Of a stretch of 64,000 bases of DNA, positions 48,988 to 60,971 are shown piece by piece. The DNA is taken from NCBI GenBank assembly GCA_963724465.1, contig CAVRUT010000005.1:9611-73610 (forward strand), given 5' to 3'. This stretch comes from an uncultured Acidobacteriota bacterium (GTDB lineage Bacteria; Acidobacteriota; Thermoanaerobaculia; UBA5066; Gp7-AA6). The notes under the pieces were generated by a model. The model had not been told where the DNA came from, searched no databases, and saw nothing but the letters and a program-made list of their open reading frames with translations. The position numbers and the translations under genes were made by a program. The first letter of the stretch is position 1, and each line of letters begins with the position of its first letter.

Positions 48988-51100
48988 TCACTTCTCGATC
49001 CCCACTTCCTTGAGGATGAACGCGTAGTCGAACGCGATCTCCTTCAGGCGGTCGTAGCGGCCCGACGAGCCGCCGTGGCCGCCGGCCATGTTGATCTTGA
49101 AGATGAGCGGGTTCTGGTCCGTCTTGAGCGTCCGGAGCTTCGCGACGTACTTGGCCGGCTCCCAGTACATGACCTGGCTGTCGTCGAAGGACGTCTTGAC
49201 CAGCATCGCCGGATACGCCTTGGCCTCGAGGTTGTCGTAGGGGCTGTACGACTTCATGTACGCGTACTGCTCCTTGATCTTCGGGTTGCCCCATTCCTCG
49301 AATTCGCCGACCGTCAGGGGCAGGGACTCGTCGAGCATCGAGTTGATGACGTCGACGAAGGGCACGCGCGCGACGACCGCCTTGAAGAGGTCCGGCCGCA
49401 TGTTCGTCACGGCGCCCATGAGGAGGCCGCCGGCCGAGACGCCCTCGATGACGAGGCGGTCCTTTGAGGTGTACTTGTCGGCGATGAGCGCTTCGGCCAC
49501 GGCGATGAAATCGGTGAAGGTGTTCTTCTTGGACATCATCCGCCCCTGGTCGTGCCAGGCCTTGCCGAGGTCGCCGCCCCCGCGGATGTGGCCGACGGCG
49601 AAGACGACGCCGCGGTCGAGCAGGCTCACGCGATTCGAGTTGAACTCGGCGTCCCAGGGCGCGCCGTAGGAACCGTAGGCCGTCAGGAGCATGGGCGCCT
49701 TTCCGTCGGCGACCAGGCCCTTCTTGTAGACGACCGAGATCGGGACTGCGCGCTCCGTCGGGGGCCGTGGCGTAGCGGCGCTCGGACGTGTAGCGTGACG
49801 CATCGTAGCCGCCGAGGACCTCGTACTGCTTCCGGAGCTTTCGCTCTCTCGTCGCCATGTCGAAGTCGTAGACCGAAGGCGGCGTCGTGAAGGACTCATA
49901 GTTGAAGCGCAGGGTCGTAGCGCCGAACTCGACGTTGTTCGTGAGATAGGCCGCGTAGATCGCCTCCGGGAACTCGACGCTGTAGGAGGCGGCGGTCTTG
50001 AACGGCGTGACCCGGAGGCGCGGCAGGCCGTCCTCGCGTTCGGAGAAGACGGCGTAGTCGGCGAAGATGTCGATGTCCTCGACCATGACGTCGCCGCGGC
50101 AGGGCAGCATCTCTTTCCAGTTCGGCTGGCCGGGGTCGGCGACCGGCGTCGTGACGACGCGGAAATTGCGGCAGCCCTTATTCGTGCGGATGTAGAAGGA
50201 GTCGCCGCGGTGGTCCACGTAGTACTCGTGGTCCTTTTCGCGCGGGGAGATCAGGCGCAGCGCCGCCGTCGGCTGATCGGCCGGAAGAAACCGCCACTCG
50301 CTGGCCGTATGAGAGCCCGCGCCGACCAGGACGAAGGCCTTGCTGCGGGAGAGAAAGGTGAAGACGCGGAACATCTCGTCCTTCTCTTCATAGAGCAGGG
50401 CGTCGGCCGAGGGATCGGTTCCGAGCGTGTGGCGGTAGAGCCGATACGGCCGCTTGGCTGGGTCGGTCGTCGTGTAGAAGAGCGTCTTGTTGTCCGTCGC
50501 CCACGCGACCGACGAGACGCGGGCGACCTTCTCGGGGAAGAGCTTGCCCGTCGCGAGGTTCTTGATCCAGAGCGTGTAGTCTCGAAACCCGGTGTTGTCC
50601 GTCGTGTAGGCGAGGAGGGTGCCGTCGCCGCTGACCTCTCGGGCGCCGATCGACATGAACTTCTCGCCCTCGGCCAGGGCGTTGACGTCGAGGTAGACCT
50701 CCTCGGGCGCCTCGACGCTGCCCTTCTTGCGGCAGTAGATCGGGTACTGCTTGCCCTTCTCGGTGCGCGAGTAGTAGTACCAGCCGCCGTCGCGGTAGGG
50801 CACCGAAAGGTCGGTTTCCTTGATGCGCCCGAGCATCTCGTCGTAGAGAGTCTTTCGGAAGGCCTCGGTCGGCTTCATGAAGGCGTCGGCATACGCGTTC
50901 TCGGCCTCGAGGAACGCGCGGACCTTCGGGTTGTCCCTCTCGCGCATCCAGAAGTAGTCGTCCTTGAGAGTCTCGTCGTGCAGGGTTTGCATGTGGGGCA
51001 CCTTCGGGGCCGCCGGGGGCGCCGTGTCGTCGGCGAGCGCGAGGCCCGCCGCCGGTCCGGCCGACAGGACGACGACCAGAATCAGGGCGCGCCGGTCCAC
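48988..51100 (-). CDS. ptrB: Oligopeptidase B (S9A) with signal peptide (frameshift near 49750)
   Basis: [41 protein letters not shown]. Confidence 0.92.
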
Positions 51101-51104
51101 GGTA

Positions 51105-53934
51105 TCAGTTCTTGGGGGCCTGGCCCTGCGCCGGCGCGGCAGCGCCCTTGGCGAAGTCGCCGGCCTTTACGATCGTCATCTTCGACAGGTCCAGGTACTT
51201 GCGCATCGCCGCCAGGATCTGCTCGCCCGTCAGCGCCTCGACCTTCTTCTCGAGGACGGCGTCCCAGGCGAGCGTGCGCTTGATGTAGAGGTCGGCAGCG
51301 AGTGTCCGCGCGAGGGCCGGGTCCTGCGCTCGAGAGACCTGCCGCGACTGCAGCCACCCGGACTTCGCCTCGGCGATCTCCTTGGCTTCGAAGCCGTCCT
51401 TGAGGACCCGGGCCACCTCCTCCTTGAAGGCGGCCTCGAGCCTGGCCTCGTTCTGGGGGGCGTAGATCGCAAAGGTCGTGAAGGAGCCGGCCTGGTCGAG
51501 CGGCGAGGCCTGGAGCTGCGACGCGACGCCGTAGGAAAGCCCGTCCTTCTGGCGAATGCGAACCGCCAGGCGCGAGTTCAGGAACCCGCCGCCGAGCATG
51601 TAGTTGCCGAGCACGAGGGCGGGGTAGTCCGGGTCCTCGTCCTTGAGAGGGAGGTTCTGGCCGGCGATGAAGAAGGCGTTGGCCTTGTCGGGCGTTTCGA
51701 GCGCCTTGTTCTCGGCGGCGACGTCCTTGTAGAGCTGGGGCACGCGCTCGAATCGCGCCGGGCTCTTCCAGGCGCCGAAGAGCTCGGCTGCGAGCTTGCC
51801 CACGGTCGCTTCGTCGAAGTCGCCCACGACGGCGAGCTCGCCGTCGGAGGCGCCGTAGAAGTCGCCGTAGAACTTCTTCGCCTCGTCGAGGGTCGCCGTC
51901 TTGTAGGCCTCGAGCGATTCGTCGAAGCTCTCGACGTAGCGCACGTCTCCCTTCGGGTAGGGGTTCATGTGGCGCTGGAAGACGTTGGGGGCAAGGGCGT
52001 TGGGCTCGCTCTTCTGCTGCTCGATCGCAGCGAGGTTTTCCTGCTGCAGCTCGGCGAACTCCTTGGCGGGGAAGGCGGGTTCGCGCAGCACTTCGGCCAC
52101 GAGCTTCAACACCTCGGGGAAGTTCTCGCGAATGGTTTCGATCGAGACGTTCGCCTGGTTGGGGCGGCCGGAAACCGACACGCGCGCCTTCAACCGGTCG
52201 AGCTCGTCCTGGATCTGCTGGCGTGTGTGCTTCGTCGTACCCCGCAGGAGCATGTCGGCCGCGAGGTCGGAGGAAGTCGCCTTGCCCACGAGGGTCTTTT
52301 CGTCGCCGAAACGCAGCGTCATCGAGGCGACGACCGTGCCGCCCCGCGTCTTCTTCGAGAGGAGGGCGACCTTGAGGCCGCTCGGCAGCTCCGAGCGCTT
52401 CGTGCGCGACTCGATGTTCGCGGGGGAGGGATCGAAGGCTTCTCCGGCCGCGATCGCGGCGTCGCCCTTGTAGTCCTTGACGACCTCGGCCGCGGCGACG
52501 GGCGGGGGAACCTCGGCGCGGTCGGGCTTTGCGGTCGGCAGGAAGACACCGAGCGTGCGGTTGGAGGGCTTGAGATAGGCCGTCGCGACCTTCTGGACGT
52601 CCTCGACCGTGGCCTTGCGGATGCGGTCGCGGTTCAGGAAGAAGAGTCTCCAGTCGCCCTGGCCGATGTACTCGGAGAGGTTCAGGCCGACCCGGTCGGC
52701 GTTGTTCAGCATCAGGTCGATGTTCTTGAGGATTGAGGCCCGGGCGCGCTCGACTTCCTCCTTCGTGATCGGCGCGGACCCGGCCGCGGCGTCGAGCGTC
52801 TTGACGAAGGCGGCCTTCGCCTCCTCGACGCTCTGGTCCTGGCGGACCTCCGCGTTGAAGATCACGAACCCGGGATCGTGGAGCTCCATGAAGTAGCCGC
52901 CCACGGACGTCGCCTTCTTCGTTTCGACGAGCGCCTTGTAGAGCCGCCCCGACGGCGTGTCGGTCAGGATCTGCTCGAGCAGGTTGACCGCTCCCGACGA
53001 CGGGTCCGTGCCCGACGGCACGTGGTACGCCGCCGCGATCGCCTGCACGTCGCCCACGCGCTGGAGAGTGATCACGCGCTCGCCGTCCTGCGTCGGGTCG
53101 AGCGTGTAGAAGGCCGGTAGCGGCCGCCTCGGCTTCGGGATCTTCCCGAAGATCTGGTTGACGAGCTCGAGCGTCTTTCGCCTCGTCGAACTTTCCGGCG
53201 ACGAGCAGGACGGCGTTGTCCGGCTGGTAGAACGTCCGGTAGAAGTTCTGGAGGCGGTCGATCGGCACGTTCTCGAGGTCGGACCTTGCGCCGATCGTGG
53301 AATGGCCGTAGTTGTGCCAGAGGAAGGCCGTCGAGAGGACGCGCTCCTCGAGGATCGAGGCCGGGTCGTTCTCGCCGAGCTCGAACTCGTTGCGGACCAC
53401 CGTCATCTCGCTGTCGAGGTCCTTCCTGGCGATGTAGGAGTTGATCATCCGGTCGGCTTCGAGGTCGAGCGCCCACTTGAGGTTCTCGTCGGTCGCCTGG
53501 AAGGTCTCGAAGTAGTTCGTACGGTCGAACCACGTCGAGCCGTTCGGCCGCGCGCCGTGCGCGGTCAGCTCCTGAGGGATGTTGGGGTGGTTGGGCGTGC
53601 CCTTGAAGACGAGGTGCTCGAGCAGGTGCGCCATCCCGGTCTCGCCGTAGCTCTCGTTTCGGGAGCCGACCATGTAGGTGATGTTGACCGTGATCGTGGC
53701 CTTGGTGGGATCGGGGAAGAGCAGCACGCGCAGGCCGTTTCCGAGCCGGTACTCGGTGATGCCCTCGACCGAGGTCACCTTCTCGGGCCTGGCCGGCGCA
53801 GCAGCGGGGGCCGCCGCTTTCGCCGGCGGCTTCCTGGAGGCGGGTTTTGTCGCCGCCTGGGTCGCCGCGAGGTCGGTGCTCGCGGTCAGGATCGCCACGA
53901 GCAGGCCGAACCCGCTCTTCTTGTAGAGACTCAT
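51105..53934 (-). CDS. M16 (pitrilysin/PqqL-like) zinc protease (frameshift near 53170)
   Basis: [11 protein letters not shown] (HxxEH), [21 protein letters not shown]. Confidence 0.92.
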
Positions 53935-54132
53935 CGGGGGACCTCCAACGAAAGCGCCGGCCGCGTCTGTCGGGCCGGGCGAAGTAGGAACGAATACCAC
54001 AGCCCGGCGATTCCAGGAACGCGCGGGCTCGCCGTCCCATGAGTTCGAACGCAGAACTCGCTCAGAAACAAGGCGTTACTTCCGGCCGCGCACCCGGGCC
54101 TTAGAATCAGCCCGTTTCCATTGGAGGCTCGC

Positions 54133-55774
54133 ATGCGCCGGATCGTTCTCGCCATTGCGTTCGCCTGTCTCTGCGCGATCACGAGAGCGCAGACGCCGCC
54201 CGCGCCGGCTCCGAAATCCGCGGAGCTGCTGCCCGGAATGGGCTCCCACCGGCACCCGATCCGGACCTCGAGCGCAGAGGCCCAGAGGTACTTCGACCAG
54301 GGCGTCGTGCTCCTCTTCGGCTTCAACCACGAGGAGGCGTACCGCTCCTTTGCGCGCGCTTCCGAGCTCGATCCGAAGTCTCCGATGCCGTACTGGGGCA
54401 TGGCGCTCGCGCTCGGCGCCAACTACAACGACCCCGAGCCGGAGGCGGACCGGTTGAAGAAGGCGCGCGCCGAGGTCGAAAAGGCCCTTGCGCTTTCGGC
54501 GGGAGCGCCCGACGACGAGCGGGCGTACGTCGAGGCCCTGTCGGTGCGCTACGTCGCGGATCCGGCCGCCGCCGACAGGGCGAAGCTCGGCCGCGACTAT
54601 GCCGCGGCCATGAAGGAGCTCTCCGCGCGCTATCCCGACGATCTCGACGCGGCCACGCTCTATGCCGAGAGCCTGATGAACCTGAACCCGTGGAAGCTCT
54701 GGACGCCCGACGGAAAGCCGGGAGAAAACACCGTCGAGATCGTCGCGGTCCTCGAGTCGGTCCTGAAGAGGGACCCGCAGCACCCCGGAGCGAACCATTA
54801 CTACATCCACGCCGTCGAGGCGTCCCGCGAGCCGGAGAAGGCGCTGCCCTCGGCGGCGCGCCTCGAGACCCTCGTGCCCTCCGCGGGCCACCTCGTCCAC
54901 ATGCCCGCCCACATCTACATGCGGACCGGCAGCTACGTTGCGGCCGAGAAAGCGAACGCGATCGCCGCCGACGTGGACCGCGCCTACATCCGCGCGACGG
55001 GCGCGCAGGGCATGTACCCCATGATGTACTACAACCACAACGTCCACTTCGAGTCCTCGGCGGCGTGCATGGCCGGCCGCTACGCCGCGGCGAAGAAGGC
55101 GGCGGACGTGCTCTTCGCGGACGTCCTGCCCGGCGTGCCCGAGATGGCGATGCTCGAAGGGTTCCTGCTGCAGCCGACGTTCGTCGCGCTGCGCTTCCAC
55201 AAGTGGGACGAGATCCGCCAGATGCCGGATCCCGGGCCCGAGGCTGCCGCTCCTGCGGGCGACCTGGCTCTACGCGCGCGCGATGGCGGCCGCGGCGGCG
55301 GGGGACGTCAAGAAGGCGGAGGCTCTGCGCGAGGCGTACGCGGTCGCGCGCGATGCCCTCGGGTCGGGCGTGATGGCGGGCCCGCAAAACACGGCGGCGG
55401 CTCTCTTCGCCGTCGCCTCGAACGTCCTCGACGCGCGCATCGCAGAGGCGAAGGGCGACCGGAAGGCCGCGATCGCGAGCTGGGTCAAGGCCGTTGCCGC
55501 CGAGGACGCGCTCGCCTACGACGAGCCGCCGGCCTGGTACTACCCCGTGCGGGAATCGCTCGGCGCGGCGCTGCTCGCCGACGGGCAGGCCGCCGAGGCC
55601 GAAAAGGTCTTTCGCGCCGACCTCGAGAGGAATCCGCGAAACGGCCGGTCGCTGTACGGGCTGGCCGAGGTCCTCAAGGCGCAGAAGCGAATGGCCGACG
55701 CCGCGTGGGCCCAGGCGCAGTTCGAATCCGCCTGGAAGGACGCCGACACGAAGGTGCGGCTGGAGGACCTGTAA
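54133..55774 (+). CDS. Secreted TPR-repeat protein (frameshift near 55240)
   Basis: AQRYFDQG..FGFNHEEA, HPGANHYYIHAVE, HLVHMPAHIY, YDEPPAWYYPVR. Confidence 0.82.
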
Positions 55775-55806
55775 GGCGCGTCGCCATCGAGAGATAGATC
55801 GGCTCT

Positions 55807-56869
55807 CTAGACCCCCAGCTCCTTCGACGCCATCGCGTTGCCCTCGACACGTGCGCGGATCTTGGCGAAGGCCGTGTCGCGCGACGTGGACGTGTCGTCG
55901 CCGAAGGGCGAGAACCCGCAGTCGTCCGTCGAGCCCAGGTGGGCGGGGTCGATGAACTTCGCGGCCTCGAGGATCCGGTCGCGCACCTCGGCCGCCGTCT
56001 CGACGCGGGGGTCGATCGGGTCCGTCACGCCGACGAAGACGCGGCGGCCGTCCTTCGCGTGCGCCCCGAGGATCTTCAGCACCCTCGGCCGGTCCGCTTC
56101 GCTCGCGAGCTGGACGAAGAAGTTCCCGACGTTCAGGCGAAAGAGGGCCGGCAGAAGCTCCGCATAGTCCACGTCGGCGCTGTGCGTCGAGTCCCGGTCG
56201 CCGCCCGGGCAGGTGTGCACGCCGATGTGCCGGCGCTCCTCGGCGGTGAACCGCTCGAGCACGCGGTTGTTCAGGTCGACGAACGAATTCAGGAGCCCCT
56301 TCGAGGGGTCGAGCTTGATACAGAGCCGCCCCTCCGTGAAGTCGATCTGGACGCTCGCCCCGCCGGCCAGGCAGCGCCGGATGTCCGTCTCCGCCTCGCG
56401 CACGAGGTCCTCGAGGAAGGCCTCGCGCGGGATAGCCGGGGATGCCGCGCCTGCGGATAGAGGAGCGAAAGGGCCGACGCGGAGATCACGGCTTCCTTGA
56501 GCCGGACGCGTGCGTATTTCTTCGCGCCCTCGAGATACGTCGCCGCGTACGCGGCGTAGCGGAAGGGGCCGGAGGTCAGGACCGGCAGCTGCCGGGTGTG
56601 GCCGTCCTTGAAGGGAATCGTCACGCCGCCCGGCGCTAGGTTTTCGCGCCGTGGACCGGATAGGTCGCGAAACTCGGCTTTCTCTGCTCGCCGTCGGTGA
56701 TGACGGGGGAGCCGGTCTCCTCGAAGCGGCGGATGGTGTCGCGCACCGCCGCGTCGAAGAGCGCCTCGAGCGCGTCGGCCCCGATCCGTCCCTCGCCGAA
56801 GGCCTTCATTCCCTCGACGAGCTCGAAGGGCCGGGGAATGCTGCCGATGGGTTCGGTGGGTAGCGTCAT
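55807..56869 (-). CDS. Cobalamin-independent methionine synthase II family protein (short MetE-like; frameshifted)
   Basis: TEPIGSIPRP, ITDGEQ, HTCPGG, DDCGFSPF. Confidence 0.85.
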
Positions 56870-56913
56870 GGGTGCATCTATACGACAATCCCGCGCCAGG
56901 AAGGAAGGTGTCG

Positions 56914-59900
56914 ATGCGTCGAATGAGTGCGGTGCTCCTGGGAGGTCTGTCGCTTCTGCCCTTCGCGGCGGCGGCCGCGCCGGATCAGCCCGCCGACGCC
57001 TCGCTCTATTCCGACATGCGCTGGCGCCTCGTCGGACCGTTCCGCGGCGGCTGGGCGACGTGTGCGGCCGGAGTGCCCGACGATCCCGCGGTCTACTACT
57101 TCGGTGCCGCCGCCGGAGGGGTGTGGAAGACGGAAGACGCCGGGCAGACCTGGGCGCCGATCTTCGACCGCGCGGGCTCGGCGTCGGTCGGGGCCCTCGC
57201 GGTCGCGCCCTCGGACCCGAAGGTCCTTTACGTCGGGACCGGTCAGATCCAGACGCGCTACGACATCGCCTCGGGAGACGGCGTCTACCGCTCGGACGAC
57301 GGGGGCGCGAGCTGGAGGCATCTCGGCCTCTCCGCGACGCGGGCCATCGGGAGCATCCTCGTGGATCCGCGCCATGCCGACGTCGTCGTCGTGGCCGCTC
57401 TCGGCCACATCTTCGGCCCCAATCGCGAGCGCGGGATCTACCGGACCGAAGACGGCGGCAGGAACTGGAGCCAGGTCCTCTTCGTGGACGACGGTACCGG
57501 CGGCGCGGACCTCGCCGCGGATCCCGACAACCCCGAGATCGTCTACGCCTCGCTGTGGCAGGCGCGCAATTTCCCGTGGCTGTCGTACTTCACTCCGGAC
57601 GTGGGTCCGGCGAGCGCCGTCTACAAGTCCCTCGACGGTGGGCGGACGTGGAAGAAGCTCGCGGGCGGAGGGTGGCCGGCGGCCCCTCTCGGGCGGATCG
57701 GCCTCGCGGCGGGCAAAGGGGGCCGGGTGTACGCACTCGTGGACGCCGCTCCCGCCATTCCGGCGGCGCCGGGTTCGCCGTCGGTCGCGGGCCTTTATCG
57801 CTCCGACGACGCCGGCGCGACGTGGAGCCGGGTCAACGAGACTCCGGGCCTCGCCTCGAGCTACATGAACCGCGTCGCGCTGGATCCGCGCGATTCCAGC
57901 GTCGTGTACCTCACGGGTCAGTCGCTTCGGCGGTCGGAGGACGGAGGCAAGACCCTGCGCTTCTTCAAGGGTGCTCCGGGAGGCGACGACTACCATTTCC
58001 TCTGGATCAACCCGAAGCATCCCGAACGCATGGTGACCGCCGCGGATCAGGGGACCGTCGTGACACTCAATGGTGGCAAGAGCTGGAGCAACTGGTACAA
58101 CCAGCCGACCGGACAGTTCTACCACGTCGAGACCGACGACCGGTTCCCCTACTGGATCTACAGCGGACAGCAGGACAGCGGGACCGCGGGCGCCGCGACG
58201 CGCAGCGACTACGGGAGCCTGACCTATCGCGACTGGCATCCGGTCGGCGGAGAGGAGCGCGGCTGGGACGTGCCGGATCCGGAAGATCCGCTCGTCGTCT
58301 ACGGGTCGGGGCTCGGCGGCACGATCACGCGCTTCGACACGCGCACGGGTGAGGTGCAACACGTTTCTCCCGCCGTCGAAAGCACGTACGGACGACGGCC
58401 CGTGCCGGAGGCCTACCGCTGGGCGTGGTGCTTTCCGATCGCCGTGTCGCCGAAGACGCCGCACGCGCTCTACGCGGGCTCCCAGTTTCTCCTGCGCTCG
58501 CTCGACCGGGGCAAGACCTGGGAAAAGGCGAGCCCCGACCTGACGGGCGCGGAGCCCGGAGCGAAGGGCTGCACGGGAGACGTTGCGATCTCCGCCGCGC
58601 GGGCGTGCGGTTTCGGCACGATCTTCGCGCTCGAGCTCTCGCCGCTCGACGCGCAGGAGATCTGGGTCGGGACGGATAGCGGCCTCGTCCAGTTGACGCG
58701 CGACGGAGGAAAGACCTGGCAGAACGTCACGCCGAAGGGCCTTCCGGCCTGGAGCAAGGTCGCCGCCCTCGACGCGTCGCCCATCGAGCCCGGCACGGCC
58801 TACGCTGCCGTGGACGCTCACCGCCTCGACGATTTCTCCCCGCACGTCTACCGCACGCGCGACTACGGAGCCGCGTGGCAGGAGATCACGGCCGGTCTTC
58901 CCGCGGGATGCTTCACGACGGTCGTCCGCTCGGACACCGTGCGCAGGGGCCTGATCTACGCGGGCACCGACGCCGGGGTCTTCGTCTCCTTCGACGACGG
59001 AAACCGGTGGCAGCCGCTGCAGCTCAACCTCCCGACGGCATGGGTGGGGGATCTCGCGGTTCACGGCAACGACCTCGTCGCGGCGACGCAGGGGCGCGCC
59101 CTTTGGGTCCTCGACGACGTGTCGCCGCTGCGCCAGCTTACGGCGGAAGCCGCGGCATCGCCGTCCCACCTCTTCGCTCCGGCGGCCGCCGTGCGGGTGC
59201 GCGCGAACGAGAATCGCGACACGCCGCTGCCCCCCGAAACACCGATCGCGAAGAACCCGCCCGCGGGCGCCGTGATCGACTACCTCCTGCGGTCTCCGGC
59301 GGACGTCGTGTCCCTCGAGATCCTGGACGCGCAAGGCGAGACGGTGCGAGCCTTCTCGAGCAACGAGCCGCCGGAGAAGCTCGACGCCCGCCTCTATTTC
59401 ACGGACAGGTGGCTCAATCCCGCCGCGCCTCCCGCAACGACGCCTGGCCACCACCGCTTCGTCTGGGACCTGCGATACGCGCGGCCGAAAGCCGCCGAAC
59501 ACGAGTACATGATCGCCGCGGTGGATGGCGAACAGACGCCGATCGAGCCGCGCGGGCCCCTCGTCGCGCCAGGGCGCTACACCGTGCGTCTGACGGCCGG
59601 CGGAAAACGCTCCGAGCAGGCCCTGGTCGTGACGCCGGATCCGCGAACGGCGGTGCCGGCGGAGGTGTTCGCCGAGAAGCTCGGGGTCGAGAAACGGATC
59701 GTCGCCGCGATGGCGACCTCTTTCGAGGCGCTCGAAGGCGTACGCGCCCTTCGCAAGCAGCGCAAGGGGTCGAAGGGGCCGGCGGGCGAGCGCGACGCCG
59801 GCGCGGCGGCGCTCGAGACCGATCTTTCCCGGACGAACAAAACGCTCGCGACGATCCTGAACCAGCTCGACGCCGCGGACGCGCCGGCAACCGCTGCCCA

Positions 59901-59979
59901 GACGCAAACCCTGAAGGAGACGCTGGCGGCCCTCGACGGGGATCTTGCTCGGTGGAAGACACTGCGGCAGGGTGGATAA
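56914..59979 (+). CDS. Secreted BNR/VPS10-repeat glycosyl-hydrolase-like protein
   Basis: WRLVGPFRGG, many SxDGGxxW repeats, GQQDSG, ATQGRALWVLDD. Confidence 0.88.
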   Translation: MRRMSAVLLGGLSLLPFAAAAAPDQPADASLYSDMRWRLVGPFRGGWATCAAGVPDDPAVYYFGAAAGGVWKTEDAGQTWAPIFDRAGSASVGALAVAPSDPKVLYVGTGQIQTRYDIASGDGVYRSDDGGASWRHLGLSATRAIGSILVDPRHADVVVVAALGHIFGPNRERGIYRTEDGGRNWSQVLFVDDGTGGADLAADPDNPEIVYASLWQARNFPWLSYFTPDVGPASAVYKSLDGGRTWKKLAGGGWPAAPLGRIGLAAGKGGRVYALVDAAPAIPAAPGSPSVAGLYRSDDAGATWSRVNETPGLASSYMNRVALDPRDSSVVYLTGQSLRRSEDGGKTLRFFKGAPGGDDYHFLWINPKHPERMVTAADQGTVVTLNGGKSWSNWYNQPTGQFYHVETDDRFPYWIYSGQQDSGTAGAATRSDYGSLTYRDWHPVGGEERGWDVPDPEDPLVVYGSGLGGTITRFDTRTGEVQHVSPAVESTYGRRPVPEAYRWAWCFPIAVSPKTPHALYAGSQFLLRSLDRGKTWEKASPDLTGAEPGAKGCTGDVAISAARACGFGTIFALELSPLDAQEIWVGTDSGLVQLTRDGGKTWQNVTPKGLPAWSKVAALDASPIEPGTAYAAVDAHRLDDFSPHVYRTRDYGAAWQEITAGLPAGCFTTVVRSDTVRRGLIYAGTDAGVFVSFDDGNRWQPLQLNLPTAWVGDLAVHGNDLVAATQGRALWVLDDVSPLRQLTAEAAASPSHLFAPAAAVRVRANENRDTPLPPETPIAKNPPAGAVIDYLLRSPADVVSLEILDAQGETVRAFSSNEPPEKLDARLYFTDRWLNPAAPPATTPGHHRFVWDLRYARPKAAEHEYMIAAVDGEQTPIEPRGPLVAPGRYTVRLTAGGKRSEQALVVTPDPRTAVPAEVFAEKLGVEKRIVAAMATSFEALEGVRALRKQRKGSKGPAGERDAGAAALETDLSRTNKTLATILNQLDAADAPATAAQTQTLKETLAALDGDLARWKTLRQGG

Positions 59980-60027
59980 ATGGGGTGGATAAATGGGACC
60001 CACCTGTCTGGCGGATAATCCTCATAC

Positions 60028-60105
60028 CTGCCCGTAGCTCAGCCCGGACAGAGCATCGGCCTTCTAAGCCGAGGGTCGGCGGTTCGAATCCGCCCGGGCA
60101 GGCCA
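60028..60105 (+). tRNA. tRNA-Arg(TCT)
   Basis: Acceptor stem CTGCCCG/CGGGCAG, anticodon arm TCGGC-CTTCTAA-GCCGA, GGTTCGAATCC, CCA. Confidence 0.96.
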
Positions 60106-60399
60106 ATTTGAGAAGGAGGCTCATCAGACGGACGAAGTCTGCGCAGGTTCGAGCCGACCACCAGAGGCAGACCCCCGACAGTAGGCAACGCCGCGCTTTG
60201 CGCGGCGTTGATCCTGCCGGGCAGGCTCTCTGCCCTTGACCCCCCCTGGCGCGAGGCGTAAAAGCAATTCGAAGGCGAAGCGACCCGGCCACTGTTTCCG
60301 TCGGAGGTGAGCCAGAGCGCCGTGCGGCGGCGTGCCCGGCCAGTCGTTGGCCTCTTCCTGTTCGTCGAGGCCCGATGGGCACGTACGCGAAGTGATGGC

Positions 60400-60614
60400 G
60401 CACACCGCTGACGAGCGTTCGCTTCCTGCGGCGCGACGTTGCCATTGCCGACGGCGCATTCGAGATCAGCGGCATGAAGGACGTCCGCCGGGAAGCTGCT
60501 GGCGTCGCGCAGCGGCCTCTCTACGGTCATCGCCGTCAAGAAGGGCGACCGCTGGTACGTCGCCGCCTTGCGCGGCATGGTGCCGTCGGTCCCGCCGGGC
60601 GCTCCGGGCAAGTA
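60400..60614 (+). pseudogene. C-terminal fragment of an NTF2-like (SgcJ/EcaC/DUF4440) protein
   Basis: SVRFLRRDVAIADGAFEISG[fs]...TVIAVKKGDRWYVAALR...*; no intact 5' part. Confidence 0.5.
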
Positions 60615-60630
60615 GGGCCTCGGAGCGCCT

Positions 60631-60939
60631 GTGCTCCGCAAGGCGGAACGTCAGCGGCCGGGACGAGCCCGAGCGCTGCCTCTTCCGGATCCTCGAGGGC
60701 GAGGACCCGGCGTCGGTGCCGAGTCTCGAGCGGGTCGCCCGGATCGCGGGCGTGCTTCTTGCGGAGAACAGGCTCGACGGGGCCTTCCGCGTGGCCGGGG
60801 CCGGCCTGCTCGCCCTCGATCTCACCAGGTCCGAGCGCAGCTTCTTTCACACCGGGATCGTCTTCGCCGCGCTCGACGCCGTGAACGATCCGGTCAGGAA
60901 CCCGACCCTGACGCTTTCGGCCGACGACACGTCCCCCTG
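60631..60939 (+). CDS. Hypothetical protein, possibly frameshifted
   Basis: Coding-like frame RCLFRILEGED...LTLSADDTSP*; no recognised family. Confidence 0.3.
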
Positions 60940-60971
60940 AGTCCCCGGCCGGCCAACGTATCATCGCGGGC

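Noticed and set aside
5552-60003. Long antisense or alternate-frame ORFs (e.g. 5552..7291+, 9597..11963+, 27373..30186-, 44046..46415+, 56878..60003-)
   Set aside because: Shadow ORFs expected in high-GC DNA. They overlap well-supported genes and lack motifs.
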